DNA of 64,000 nucleotides from Patescibacteria group bacterium (lineage in GTDB: Bacteria > Patescibacteriota > Microgenomatia > UBA1400 > MFAQ01): contig CALRDV010000002.1 of the NCBI GenBank assembly GCA_943355005.1, forward strand, positions 397 through 64,396, in the 5' to 3' direction. The notes beneath the pieces were generated by a model, which did not search any database, was not told the origin of the DNA, and was given only the letters and a program-made list of their open reading frames with translations. The position numbers and the translations under genes were made by a program. Shown in pieces: positions 9,361-17,956 of the stretch. Each line of letters starts with the position of its first letter. The stretch's first letter is position 1.

Positions 9361-11061
9361 TCATTTAAAAATTTCCATATTTCTCTCACACAGCTCATAC
9401 CCCGGCCTCTGCACCAGGCACTCTTCAAACTTTTTCTTCGCCTCTTCCTTTTTTCCCGTCCAAGAATAATAAAGTCCCCAGTTATTTAGTAGCTCTGGAT
9501 ATTTCGGATATATTTCATCCGCTTTCTCCATAAATTTTTTGGCATTCTCCAAATCATTCTTCATCAGATATATCGCCGCCTTATTACTCTGCGCCATCAC
9601 ACTTCCTGTCGCCACCCCACCATCATGCAAAAACAGTCTCTCTTGAGACAACCAGTCCAAATTCCTGACAAATGTCCTCCCCGCCAACAAAAATAATATT
9701 GCAATAAATATCGGTGCAGAAGAATAGCCAAACAACCGCACGGACCATGTACATGAGAGCCGAAGGGGATCCCGCTTTTCAGCGGGACGAAACAGTAACG
9801 CGGGAGTACGGTTTTTGGCGGTCTTCGAACCGATTAACATTGCAATCATCACCACCCCCAAACTAGGCAAAAACCAAAGTCTCTCTCCAAATATAGTTCC
9901 AATCGGAAACAAAATATTCCCGGTAATCAATATCGGACCCCAAAACATCACCATCCCCACCATCGTCATTCCGAGCGACCTGCCCGCTGTGGCGGGAGTC
10001 GAGGAATCCCCCTCCACCCCATCAGTCATTCCGGGCTTGACCCGGAATCTATATAAATAAATACAACTTAATGCAATCATCACCAGCCCCACCACCACCC
10101 TCCAATCAGTCCAGCTCTCCACCAACTTAATTTGGTTATACGAATAGTCATAGCTAAGATTTATTGGAAAGAGAACTTTCCCGACTCCAAAAGGAATCAA
10201 AGCTATCCCGTTTATCATTCTTTTTTCCGCACTAACAAACTTAAGAGGATTCTCCACCATCGTCGCTCTTGTTTCCATTCCACCTCCACCCAGCACCAGT
10301 AGCCTCATCATCCCAAATCCCAACATTGCCATTATCACCAGTATCATCGCCGCTGTCTTTTCACTTGCGGAAGTTCCATTCGATGACTTGTCATTCCCGA
10401 CCTGATCGGGAATCCATCCGGAGACTCCACCACCTCTAATAAATATCAAATACATTAATATCACCACTCCCACCACCGCCGTCTCTTTCGACAGCATCGC
10501 CAAAAACAAAAATAACGCACTCACATCCCATCTATTCTTAAAGTTTTCCAGAATAGCCAAAAGCATAAATCCAAGTGAAAGCATCTCCGCCCTTCCCACG
10601 ATATTATTCACCACCTCGGTATGAATCGGCATCACCACAAACACCAACGCCCCCCAAAACGCCAACTTCTCTCGCCATTTGTCATTGCGAATCTCGTAGT
10701 CGAGCCCTGCCTGCCGGCAGGCAGGTGTGGCAATCCAGGAACCATCAAGAAACTTTCTCATCACCCCATACACCAGCCAACACACCCACGAATATAGCAG
10801 CACATTACCAAGCCGAAATCCCCAAGCCCCCTTACCGGTTATTAAAGAATTCAAATAGAAACTAAAGCTCGTCATCGGTCTATACAGAGATTTCTCCTGA
10901 TCCAAATAGTAGTACGGTCTCGTCCACACTTTTATCAAGCTTTCCACTCTTCCCATCCCCGGATCTCCCGCAATCACTTTTAGGTCGTCCTGCACAAATC
11001 CACCAAAAATACTCACAAAATACAAAGCAAACGCAGATAAGAAAATTACCCAACCCTTCAT
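9361..11061 (-). CDS. TMTC-like GT-C membrane glycosyltransferase with C-terminal TPR
   Basis: FVQDD, YRPMT, HTEVVNNIVGRAE, LSKE, FPINLSYDY, ERLWFLPS, RNLDW motifs and TPR-like tail; carries five repeat insertions. Confidence 0.85.
   Translation of the reverse strand: MKGWVIFLSAFALYFVSIFGGFVQDDLKVIAGDPGMGRVESLIKVWTRPYYYLDQEKSLYRPMTSFSFYLNSLITGKGAWGFRLGNVLLYSWVCWLVYGVMRKFLDGSWIATPACRQAGLDYEIRNDKWREKLAFWGALVFVVMPIHTEVVNNIVGRAEMLSLGFMLLAILENFKNRWDVSALFLFLAMLSKETAVVGVVILMYLIFIRGGGVSGWIPDQVGNDKSSNGTSASEKTAAMILVIMAMLGFGMMRLLVLGGGGMETRATMVENPLKFVSAEKRMINGIALIPFGVGKVLFPINLSYDYSYNQIKLVESWTDWRVVVGLVMIALSCIYLYRFRVKPGMTDGVEGDSSTPATAGRSLGMTMVGMVMFWGPILITGNILFPIGTIFGERLWFLPSLGVVMIAMLIGSKTAKNRTPALLFRPAEKRDPLRLSCTWSVRLFGYSSAPIFIAILFLLAGRTFVRNLDWLSQERLFLHDGGVATGSVMAQSNKAAIYLMKNDLENAKKFMEKADEIYPKYPELLNNWGLYYSWTGKKEEAKKKFEECLVQRPGYELCERNMEIFK
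9713..9833 (+). repeat. Long (~120 bp) GGTGCAGAAGA...TTCGAACC element, in frame in the TMTC-like gene
   Basis: Homologous to intergenic copies at 13959 and 49734; encodes GSKTAKNRTPALLFRPAEKRDPLRLSCTWSVRLFGYSSAP. Confidence 0.9.
9965..10050 (+). repeat. Two adjacent palindromic elements in frame in the TMTC-like gene
   Basis: gtcattccgagcgacctgcccgctgtggcgggagtcgaggaatcc (9965) and gtcattccgggcttgacccggaatct (10025). Confidence 0.9.
10390..10416 (+). repeat. Palindromic element in frame (WIPDQVGND)
   Basis: gtcattcccgacctgatcgggaatcca; same core at 12919, 15412 and 47065. Confidence 0.9.
10681..10737 (+). repeat. Palindromic element with a nested CCTGCCTGCCGGCAGGCAGG palindrome, in frame (WIATPACRQAGLDYEIRND)
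   Basis: Matches the 2513 element plus a 20-bp perfect palindrome at 10706-10725. Confidence 0.9.
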
Positions 11062-11189
11062 CTCTTAATTGTAATCTGAAACAATCTACTTAAGGTTTCT
11101 GTTTCCTCGTCGCCATCCTCACCTGCTCTCCAAACTCGTTACTTTACTCTTATGCAACATACCCCAATGTAACATGAATTACATATTTG

Positions 11190-11639
11190 CTACTTAAAAA
11201 TTATTTTTTCAATTCCATTACCAAAAAGTTTGTCAACCGCCTCAATCCCCTCTGCTCTTATTCTACTTTCGGCTGTTTCAGTACCAAACTTAACCTCTTT
11301 AATTGCTAATTGAAATGCATCTGTATACACACTCATTAATCGCCTAAATTCATCTTCACCATATAATGCTTTTTTTTGCTTACCCCACTCTTGATCTACA
11401 ACACACGTTTCAGCATCGGTGAAATCTCCTTTAAAAAGCAATTCAGAGGCCTTATTAGCCTTATCAACTATTTGTTTACGAGTTTCGTCTTGCGGAAAAG
11501 AATCTGGGTGCATTATTCCAATACCTGCAAAAAACGCCTCTCTCACATCTCTTTTGCTACTAAAGTCGGGTGACGCAACAATTTCATCTTGAATCTGTTC
11601 CGCAATCCCTTTATTTTCTACAACTGCATCTAAAGCCAT
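11190..11639 (-). CDS. Hypothetical protein
   Basis: ORF track; TAGAAT 6 nt before the ATG. Confidence 0.65.
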   Translation of the reverse strand: MALDAVVENKGIAEQIQDEIVASPDFSSKRDVREAFFAGIGIMHPDSFPQDETRKQIVDKANKASELLFKGDFTDAETCVVDQEWGKQKKALYGEDEFRRLMSVYTDAFQLAIKEVKFGTETAESRIRAEGIEAVDKLFGNGIEKIIFK

Positions 11640-11680
11640 ACAAAAATTCTACAACAAATTACATCAATAAACAATTTTAT

Positions 11681-11911
11681 TTATCTTCTACCTTCCGGAC
11701 TGAATCCAGGTATAGCCTCAACACTGACACTTTTACCTTCTCTTCTAAGTTGTGCATCAACGCCTATTTGATTTTCTCTATCTAGCGCCCGTCTTTCTCG
11801 CACAGCAGCAGCATCTTCCCTTAATTTTTTCTCCCAAGGGCTTAAATCATTTAACGACGCCATTCTTTCTGCATATTCCTTACGCAATTGAATAGGTCCT
11901 TTTACAGTCAT
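11681..11911 (-). CDS. Small charged hypothetical protein
   Basis: ORF track; shares an identical 30-bp start region with 11190..11639. Confidence 0.6.
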   Translation of the reverse strand: MTVKGPIQLRKEYAERMASLNDLSPWEKKLREDAAAVRERRALDRENQIGVDAQLRREGKSVSVEAIPGFSPEGRR

Positions 11912-11969
11912 ACAAAAATTCTACAACAAATTACATCACTTACCTAATCAGATATCTGTCATCTGAGAC

Positions 11970-12890
11970 CTACCTCACCATCTCCCTCGCCACATTTATT
12001 TCCGGGAATGCTTTTTCAAACCACTTGAATTGTGCAGTTCTATTCACTTCAAAGATTCTCCACTGCTTAGCCTCTTCATCCCAAGCCACATCCAGCCCTG
12101 CAAAATCAGCCTTAAGAACTTTCGTTGCCTCGACACTTAGTCTTTGCAATTCTGCCATCTGCTCTTTACTAAACTTCGGTTTAATTTTCGATAGCTCTTC
12201 CTGCTGAGATAGCACTTGGAACTTATCTTTTTGTCTGTGTTTCATCATCCCCAATATCTCTCCATTTAGCACCAACACTCTATACCATCTTCGTACTTTC
12301 AAAACAGGCTGAATCAAGACGTCTCCCTCACTATATTTCTGAGAAAGTTTTACCAGGCGGGTCAGTGATTCTGCTAGTTTCACATTTTTTCCATGAGATC
12401 CAAATCTCGCCTTGACCATTACCGGCACAAATTCTCCTTTCCGTTTAGATAGTATTTCCAAATATCTTTTCCATCCTCTAGCCCCACGGAAAGATACAAA
12501 CGGAATTACCGGTAGTCCCGCTTCAGCCAGCAATATTCCTTGTTCAAGTTTCCCCATAAGTGGAAACATCTTAAAGCTTTCCCCATTGATCACAGAAATA
12601 TCTCTCTCTGAATTTTTCGTTTGCTCCAAGAACTCCAAAATCACCGACTTCACCCCTAGCATACTTTCCCCACCTCTTTTAGTCGCGGCTCTCGGGATAA
12701 TCAAATCATATTCACTCAGTTTTTTTCCGGTTCCCAAATCTACAATTGGCTTACCCATCTTGCTTACACCAATTCGCACATGTTCATAGTTCACCTTATC
12801 CACGGAATATCCCAAATTACTCGCCTCTTCGGCTAATCTCTTGGGTTCATACTCCCCTCTAAATCTAGTCAATATTAATATCTTTTTCAT
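11970..12890 (-). CDS. RimK-family ATP-grasp ligase
   Basis: KARFGSHG, LIQP, FAGLDV, IFEVNRTAQF. The ORF-track ATG at 12923 lies inside a repeat, so MKKILIL (12890) is preferred. Confidence 0.85.
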   Translation of the reverse strand: MKKILILTRFRGEYEPKRLAEEASNLGYSVDKVNYEHVRIGVSKMGKPIVDLGTGKKLSEYDLIIPRAATKRGGESMLGVKSVILEFLEQTKNSERDISVINGESFKMFPLMGKLEQGILLAEAGLPVIPFVSFRGARGWKRYLEILSKRKGEFVPVMVKARFGSHGKNVKLAESLTRLVKLSQKYSEGDVLIQPVLKVRRWYRVLVLNGEILGMMKHRQKDKFQVLSQQEELSKIKPKFSKEQMAELQRLSVEATKVLKADFAGLDVAWDEEAKQWRIFEVNRTAQFKWFEKAFPEINVAREMVR

Positions 12891-12918
12891 TACTTTTCTT
12901 GATGTCGTCTTAATATCT

Positions 12919-12998
12919 GTCATTCCCGACCTGATCGGGAATCTATATAAATAATTCCTTAATTTGATTTTTAATTTTTTGGCGCGGTTCGAACCGAT
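12919..12998 (+). repeat. Short palindromic element plus the right end of the long element
   Basis: gtcattcccgacctgatcgggaatct (12919) and tttttggcgcggttcgaaccgat (12976). Confidence 0.85.
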
Positions 12999-13013
12999 AA
13001 AATATTTTGAATA

Positions 13014-13922
13014 TCATTTTGAAAATTTCTTCACACAATACTCAAGTATTAATCTCGCTGCATTGGTTTTAGTCCTCTTCTCAAACACTTTAAATTGCGG
13101 CGCCTCATTCACTTCAATTATGTAAACTTTTCCGGTTTTGGAGTCTCTCACCAAATCTGTTCCCGCCACTTCTACCCCCAGCACTTGAGCCGCTCTCTCT
13201 GCCGTCTCCACCACATCGCTTGGCAGTTCCACCACCATCGATTTACCCTGACTGCGATTCAAGATTAGCTTCTCTTCTTTTACTTGTCTCTTAAAACCTC
13301 CAATGCATTTATAGCCCACTGTCATCAACCTAAAGTCTCCATCATTTCGAATATATTCCTGAATCAAAAATCCCCTAAAAATTGGCATTTTCTTATTTTC
13401 TGCTTTTGCCTTTTCTTTTCTGTTTTCCAATACATGTTTTAGTTTTTCCAGATCACTCAGTTCTCTCACCCAAAAAGTGCCCATGCCATGCCTTCCCCCG
13501 GCCGAAAGTTTAACAATCGCTGGAAGTTCCCAATTTTTAAGTTCCCTTTCCAGATCCTTAAAGGTTTCTACGTAAGCAGATTTAGGATAAAGCACCCCGG
13601 CATCCAGCAGTTGCCAAGTCATCACAGATTTAAATCGTCTCAAGGGTCCTTCGGTTTTCAAATATTCATCTACCGCCGGGATATTATGTTTACGTGCATA
13701 AAGTTGCAGTAGTTTGCTCCATTCCAGTTCAGATCCCACAGACCGGAAGTACCAGCCATCGAAATCTCTCATATCGGTTTCTCCAAACATAATTCTGTCA
13801 CCTACCACCCGAAGTTTTCTGTACTTTACAGGCACCAGTTCAATCCCCAAATCCACCGCCTCCTCCTGGAATCTTTTTTCACTTTCATCAAACGTCAATC
13901 TATGTAGGTATGCTATTTTCAT
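13014..13922 (-). CDS. RimK-family ATP-grasp ligase
   Basis: IVKLSAGGRHGMG, LIQEYI, DFR, VAGTDLV, IIEVNEAPQF. Confidence 0.9.
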   Translation of the reverse strand: MKIAYLHRLTFDESEKRFQEEAVDLGIELVPVKYRKLRVVGDRIMFGETDMRDFDGWYFRSVGSELEWSKLLQLYARKHNIPAVDEYLKTEGPLRRFKSVMTWQLLDAGVLYPKSAYVETFKDLERELKNWELPAIVKLSAGGRHGMGTFWVRELSDLEKLKHVLENRKEKAKAENKKMPIFRGFLIQEYIRNDGDFRLMTVGYKCIGGFKRQVKEEKLILNRSQGKSMVVELPSDVVETAERAAQVLGVEVAGTDLVRDSKTGKVYIIEVNEAPQFKVFEKRTKTNAARLILEYCVKKFSK

Positions 13923-13958
13923 CTCAGTTAATTAAATCATTATTAAAACATCTTTGAA

Positions 13959-14078
13959 GGTGCAGAAGACTAGCCAACAAACCGCACGGAAGCTGTACAT
14001 AGGAGCCGAAGGGAATCCCACTATTGCGGGACGAGATAGTTACGAGTGAGTACGGTTTTTGGCGCGGTTCGAACCGAT
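13959..14078 (+). repeat. Long GGTGCAGAAGA...TTCGAACC element, intergenic
   Basis: Colinear with 9713-9833; imperfect terminal inverted repeats. Confidence 0.9.
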
Positions 14079-14095
14079 AAGAAGTTTTCATATTT

Positions 14096-15400
14096 TTATT
14101 TTCTAATCTTTACGAGCCCTGGATCCACCACAAACTCTCTCAGGTCACGGCGCCCAATTAATAATTGTCTTCTCAAGTTTTTACGGTCAGTCACATTAGC
14201 TCTGGTTTTGATTATTCTCCCCTTAAGTTTTATTGTTAAGGCGATCAAAGATCTTTCTTCTATCCCCAAAGAATTTTTTACTTTCTTAGTCCACAGAATA
14301 TTGTCCGCAGTTAACAAACCCAGCTCTTTAGCCATCTGTGCATCAATAGAAGTACTCTTTGCCCCCGTATCAATTTTGGCCCGAATTTCTATCATCTTTT
14401 TTTTGCCATTTCTTACACTTACATTCTCAAATATCCCAATTACCGGCTTCTCTTCTCCTGTAAATTTTACCCGGCTGGCAAACTTACTAGCAAACAAAGC
14501 CTTTCCAATCTTCACACCTTTGATGGCATCATCCACTTCAAGCCCCTCAACTCTCTCCAATCTTCTCCTGAGTCCTGTCATATTAGCGAGTTGGATAGAG
14601 AGTCCAGGCTGGTCATTCAATTCCAGCACCACCGGTCCTTTTTCCTCATCAATCAGCATATCCACCGAAAGATAATTAAGCTTCGAAATCATTTGAGTTT
14701 CCACTGCCATTCTCAAAATCTGATTCCAGTAAGGTACCGAAATTCCATTCACTTTTATATTAGTGTCCGGGAAAAGTTTTACTGAAGTATTTTTGTAAAC
14801 CCCATGAGTAGTAATTCCTGTAGCCATATCAATTCCCAAGCCAATAGCCCCTTGATGAAGGTTGGCTTTTCCATTGCTTTCATCGGTCGGCAGCCTTAGC
14901 ATCGCCATCACCGGGATTTTGTTATAGACAATCACTCGAACATCGGGAGCACCTCCCACCGCGAGCTTCTTAAACTTCGGATGAATCTTAATCCTCTCCT
15001 CTATCATCGCCTTATCCGGCAGATTATTATGAGAGAATTTTCCCTCGGCAATATCCTGAGAATGTAATGTTAAATCATCGGCAGTGAGATATTTACCATC
15101 GACAGTCAGGAACAATCCCTTTTCTTTTGCGGGCTTTTTTATAAGAAGAATACCTTGACCACCAAATCCCTGAACCGGCTTGATAGCAAAACCATCTGTC
15201 AACTTAGTCCAATTAAAAGCTCTTGCTTCGTTAACATTATGAATAATTCCCAATAACCTAGGATGCCCAACATTAGCTTTCTTGAGCATTTTCTTAGTCA
15301 AAAGCTTATCATCGGCCTTTTGACGAGCATTCTTCTTATTAAAAGAAAGATAATCTGCCGATCTGGCGTTTAGTCCTAATATGTCATTAAATCTTGGCAT
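14096..15400 (-). CDS. Alpha-L-glutamate ligase-like ATP-grasp fused to a RimB/retropepsin-like protease domain
   Basis: ILGLNAR, DDKLLTK, IKPVQGFGGQGI, DVRVIV, AMLRLPT...KANLHQG, LELNDQPGLSIQLAN; C-terminal AKIDTGAKSTSID...LIGR. Confidence 0.9.
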   Translation of the reverse strand: MPRFNDILGLNARSADYLSFNKKNARQKADDKLLTKKMLKKANVGHPRLLGIIHNVNEARAFNWTKLTDGFAIKPVQGFGGQGILLIKKPAKEKGLFLTVDGKYLTADDLTLHSQDIAEGKFSHNNLPDKAMIEERIKIHPKFKKLAVGGAPDVRVIVYNKIPVMAMLRLPTDESNGKANLHQGAIGLGIDMATGITTHGVYKNTSVKLFPDTNIKVNGISVPYWNQILRMAVETQMISKLNYLSVDMLIDEEKGPVVLELNDQPGLSIQLANMTGLRRRLERVEGLEVDDAIKGVKIGKALFASKFASRVKFTGEEKPVIGIFENVSVRNGKKKMIEIRAKIDTGAKSTSIDAQMAKELGLLTADNILWTKKVKNSLGIEERSLIALTIKLKGRIIKTRANVTDRKNLRRQLLIGRRDLREFVVDPGLVKIRK

Positions 15401-15411
15401 TATTTTTCATT

Positions 15412-15437
15412 GTCATTCCCGACCTGATCGGGAATCT
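15412..15437 (+). repeat. Short palindromic element, intergenic
   Basis: gtcattcccgacctgatcgggaatct. Confidence 0.9.
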
Positions 15438-15451
15438 ATACAAATAATTCA

Positions 15452-16318
15452 TTATTTATTCAATAATTTCCGGAATCTCCAAATTTCTGATAATCTCAAA
15501 CCTTTGTATTTTCCAATCAAAATATCTACCACCAGTATCAAAATTACGGAAATTTCCGGCTGTAACAATACTTGTGTCTGTATCCAAGGAGAACTTATTA
15601 GTTTGTAAGCAATAAAAGCCAAAACTACAGTTTCAAGCGTCATGGAGACAGAAGTAGCCAAACTTCTGGTAATCTGTGCTTCGACAAAAGTTTCAGCCAA
15701 AAGTACAAAGATCATAATTGGGAAAATACCGACAGTCATCAATTTATCGAGTCCTATCATTGGCGACATGATTAAAAGTGCCAAAACAGCAATGGAAATC
15801 AGCCAAATCAAAACCGCCAGTTTAGGTAAATATGGAATCTTTATCTTCTTAATAGCCATACGTCCAAACACTGCTGCCAAAAGAATAAAAGATAGCAAAA
15901 CTAGTCCCACTACTCCACCGGTAGAAACAAAGGCCACCGAAAGTAAAGCTGGCACAATCATTCCAAAGCCACTCACACCTACCACCTGCCTCGAAAATGC
16001 CACCAAGGCTGCGACCAAAGGAAACAGGAATAAAAGCACCAAAGTGTTAGGAGAAACCCCGTCAGCCACAGCTTTTCTAATGGCGAGCTTCAAGGTGTTA
16101 CTCACCCACCAGCCGGTAACCTTTTGAGTCTTCATCAGTTTAACCAATCTATCTCCCTCTTCTTTAGGTACGGTTAAATCAATATCTGAAGGTGTTGGAG
16201 TGGCCGAAACCAAAGCTGTTGGGGAGATTACAGGCACGACAGTTTTTTCCACAGCAAAAGTTCCGAAAGGAAGAGCTAAAAACAGGAGTATTGCCAGAAA
16301 CATCGCTACTTTTTTCAT
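15452..16318 (-). CDS. 7TM-domain membrane protein of the type linked to alpha-L-glutamate ligase-like genes
   Basis: RQVVGVSGFG, YLPKLA, IFPIMI, GKYKGLRLSEIWRF; signal peptide. Confidence 0.8.
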   Translation of the reverse strand: MKKVAMFLAILLFLALPFGTFAVEKTVVPVISPTALVSATPTPSDIDLTVPKEEGDRLVKLMKTQKVTGWWVSNTLKLAIRKAVADGVSPNTLVLLFLFPLVAALVAFSRQVVGVSGFGMIVPALLSVAFVSTGGVVGLVLLSFILLAAVFGRMAIKKIKIPYLPKLAVLIWLISIAVLALLIMSPMIGLDKLMTVGIFPIMIFVLLAETFVEAQITRSLATSVSMTLETVVLAFIAYKLISSPWIQTQVLLQPEISVILILVVDILIGKYKGLRLSEIWRFRKLLNK

Positions 16319-16393
16319 GTCCCATATTTTACCTCAGAATACCCTCCACCGCCACTCGTCAAGACGGCCAAAACATTCTATAGTCATATTAGG

Positions 16394-16987
16394 ATGAAAA
16401 AATCAATTTTCACCATAATTTTTGCCCTAGTTACGATTCCGGTGATTTTTATCATCGCAATCACTCTCACACACCTAAACTCCAAAGCTTTTCAAGTAGT
16501 AATTGAGCCTATTCCCCTCAAACCCACAGTTTTTGTTGAACCCACTCCAAATCCGACAATCTTTGTAAGAGAAACTCCCCAACCAACCAAAGATTTAACA
16601 ACAATCTCTCCCATACTCCCCACCACCTCCCCCGTTTCGAATATGTCGAACATCATCAGTGTCTCACCGACTCCGACTTCTACTACCAACTCCGCCCCGA
16701 CAGTTACCACAGACTCTCTCCCACCTGCAACTCTAGGAAGTTCGTATTACACCACCATCAAAGCTTCAGACAATAATCTTTCTGATACTTTAGAAATGTC
16801 TATTTCAGGTCTACCGTTTGGACTCGTCCAAGGACCATGCAGCACACCTCTTAGTGGCGGCGAAATTATTTGTACTATCACAGGAGTTCCTTTTGACTCA
16901 GGAATCTACACTATTCAACTTAAAGTTTCAGATGGTCACATCAGTAAAGTATCCAAAAATATTACTCTAATGATTAAGTCAAACTAA
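16394..16987 (+). CDS. Membrane-anchored protein with a Pro/Thr linker and C-terminal Ig-like (putative Ig/cadherin-like) domain
   Basis: N-terminal TM, PTP repeats, NSAP...GLPFGL...ITGVP...GIYTIQLKVSDG. Confidence 0.75.
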   Translation: MKKSIFTIIFALVTIPVIFIIAITLTHLNSKAFQVVIEPIPLKPTVFVEPTPNPTIFVRETPQPTKDLTTISPILPTTSPVSNMSNIISVSPTPTSTTNSAPTVTTDSLPPATLGSSYYTTIKASDNNLSDTLEMSISGLPFGLVQGPCSTPLSGGEIICTITGVPFDSGIYTIQLKVSDGHISKVSKNITLMIKSN

Positions 16988-17010
16988 ATCCCGCCTTTCG
17001 GCGGGATTTA
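16985..17010. terminator. Intrinsic terminator between convergent genes
   Basis: TAAATCCCGCC-TTTC-GGCGGGATTTA. Confidence 0.8.
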
Positions 17011-17032
17011 TTCTTACTAACTCTCGTTTCTA

Positions 17033-17845
17033 TTATTGTGCTTGAGAGAACATATCGTCATGCATCTCCCAGAACTTACCTTGCTCTCCTGCACACAAAG
17101 CGGCTTCAGCAGCTTTTTGAGCACTGGCATGGAAGGATAAAGGGAAACTCTTGTACTCCAAGCTAATCTTTCCGGCATACTTCTGCATTATGGCAGTCAT
17201 GGTCGGAAACGCTCTTTCACAGAAAGGACATTCAAAATCTGTAAACTCTACTACTTTGATTTTGGCATTCTTTTCACCAGATACATATCCTGGTGTCAAA
17301 TTTAACTTAACTCTTTTTCCTGCTTCACCTAAAGCAAGTGCAGCCTTGTCCCCACTACCATCTTTTAATTCGGCATCAATTACTGCTTCAAAAGAAGATT
17401 GAGGTTGCGCACCTACCAGCATTACACCATTAATGAAGAAGGATGGAGTTCCGGAAACTCCCAAATCAGCACCCTCTTTTTGTTCTACAGATACTCTGGC
17501 TGCTGTAGTGCCACCATCCAGACACTGGTCAAATTTATTTCCATCCAAGCCGAATTTCCTTGCACGCACTTTCAAACTGGCTACATCAAGCTTTCTCTCT
17601 GGAGCAGCGTTGGGATTGGCTGCGACCGGAGCAGGAGCTGTAGTACCTTGAGCTTTTTTCAATCCTTCGACTTGCGCCGACAATCTACCTATATAGAATG
17701 ATGCCACGATAAGCAGCACTATCATCATCGGAGTGTAGTATGCAGTCAGATTTTTACTACCCATTTTTGTAACTTCAGCCATCATAGTTTCGGGCATGGC
17801 CATCTGTGCCCTTGTTTTTATTTTTTTAACGGATTTTTTTACCAT
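17033..17845 (-). CDS. dsbA: Membrane-anchored DsbA-family thiol-disulfide oxidoreductase, circularly permuted
   Basis: EFTDFECPFC, FPLSFH, AAEAALCAGEQGKFWEMHD, GVSGTPSFFING; start MVKK at 17845, 6 nt after TGGTATCAT. Confidence 0.85.
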   Translation of the reverse strand: MVKKSVKKIKTRAQMAMPETMMAEVTKMGSKNLTAYYTPMMIVLLIVASFYIGRLSAQVEGLKKAQGTTAPAPVAANPNAAPERKLDVASLKVRARKFGLDGNKFDQCLDGGTTAARVSVEQKEGADLGVSGTPSFFINGVMLVGAQPQSSFEAVIDAELKDGSGDKAALALGEAGKRVKLNLTPGYVSGEKNAKIKVVEFTDFECPFCERAFPTMTAIMQKYAGKISLEYKSFPLSFHASAQKAAEAALCAGEQGKFWEMHDDMFSQAQ

Positions 17846-17956
17846 AGAGAAATGATACCAGACTATTCTTAAAATAAAAGTTTTTTCATAGACCAAACTA
17901 TTCATTGAGCTCAACACCTTGACATGTATTAAAATTAATATCATACTGAAATCACA

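Noticed and set aside
11681-11911. Graspetide precursor for the upstream ATP-grasp ligases
   Set aside because: No repeated Thr/Ser/Lys-Asp/Glu core motifs, it has its own promoter, and the ligases look RimK-type.
12890-12923. N-terminal extension MTDIKTTSRKV of the RimK gene
   Set aside because: Its ATG lies within the palindromic element; MKKILIL is the more natural start.
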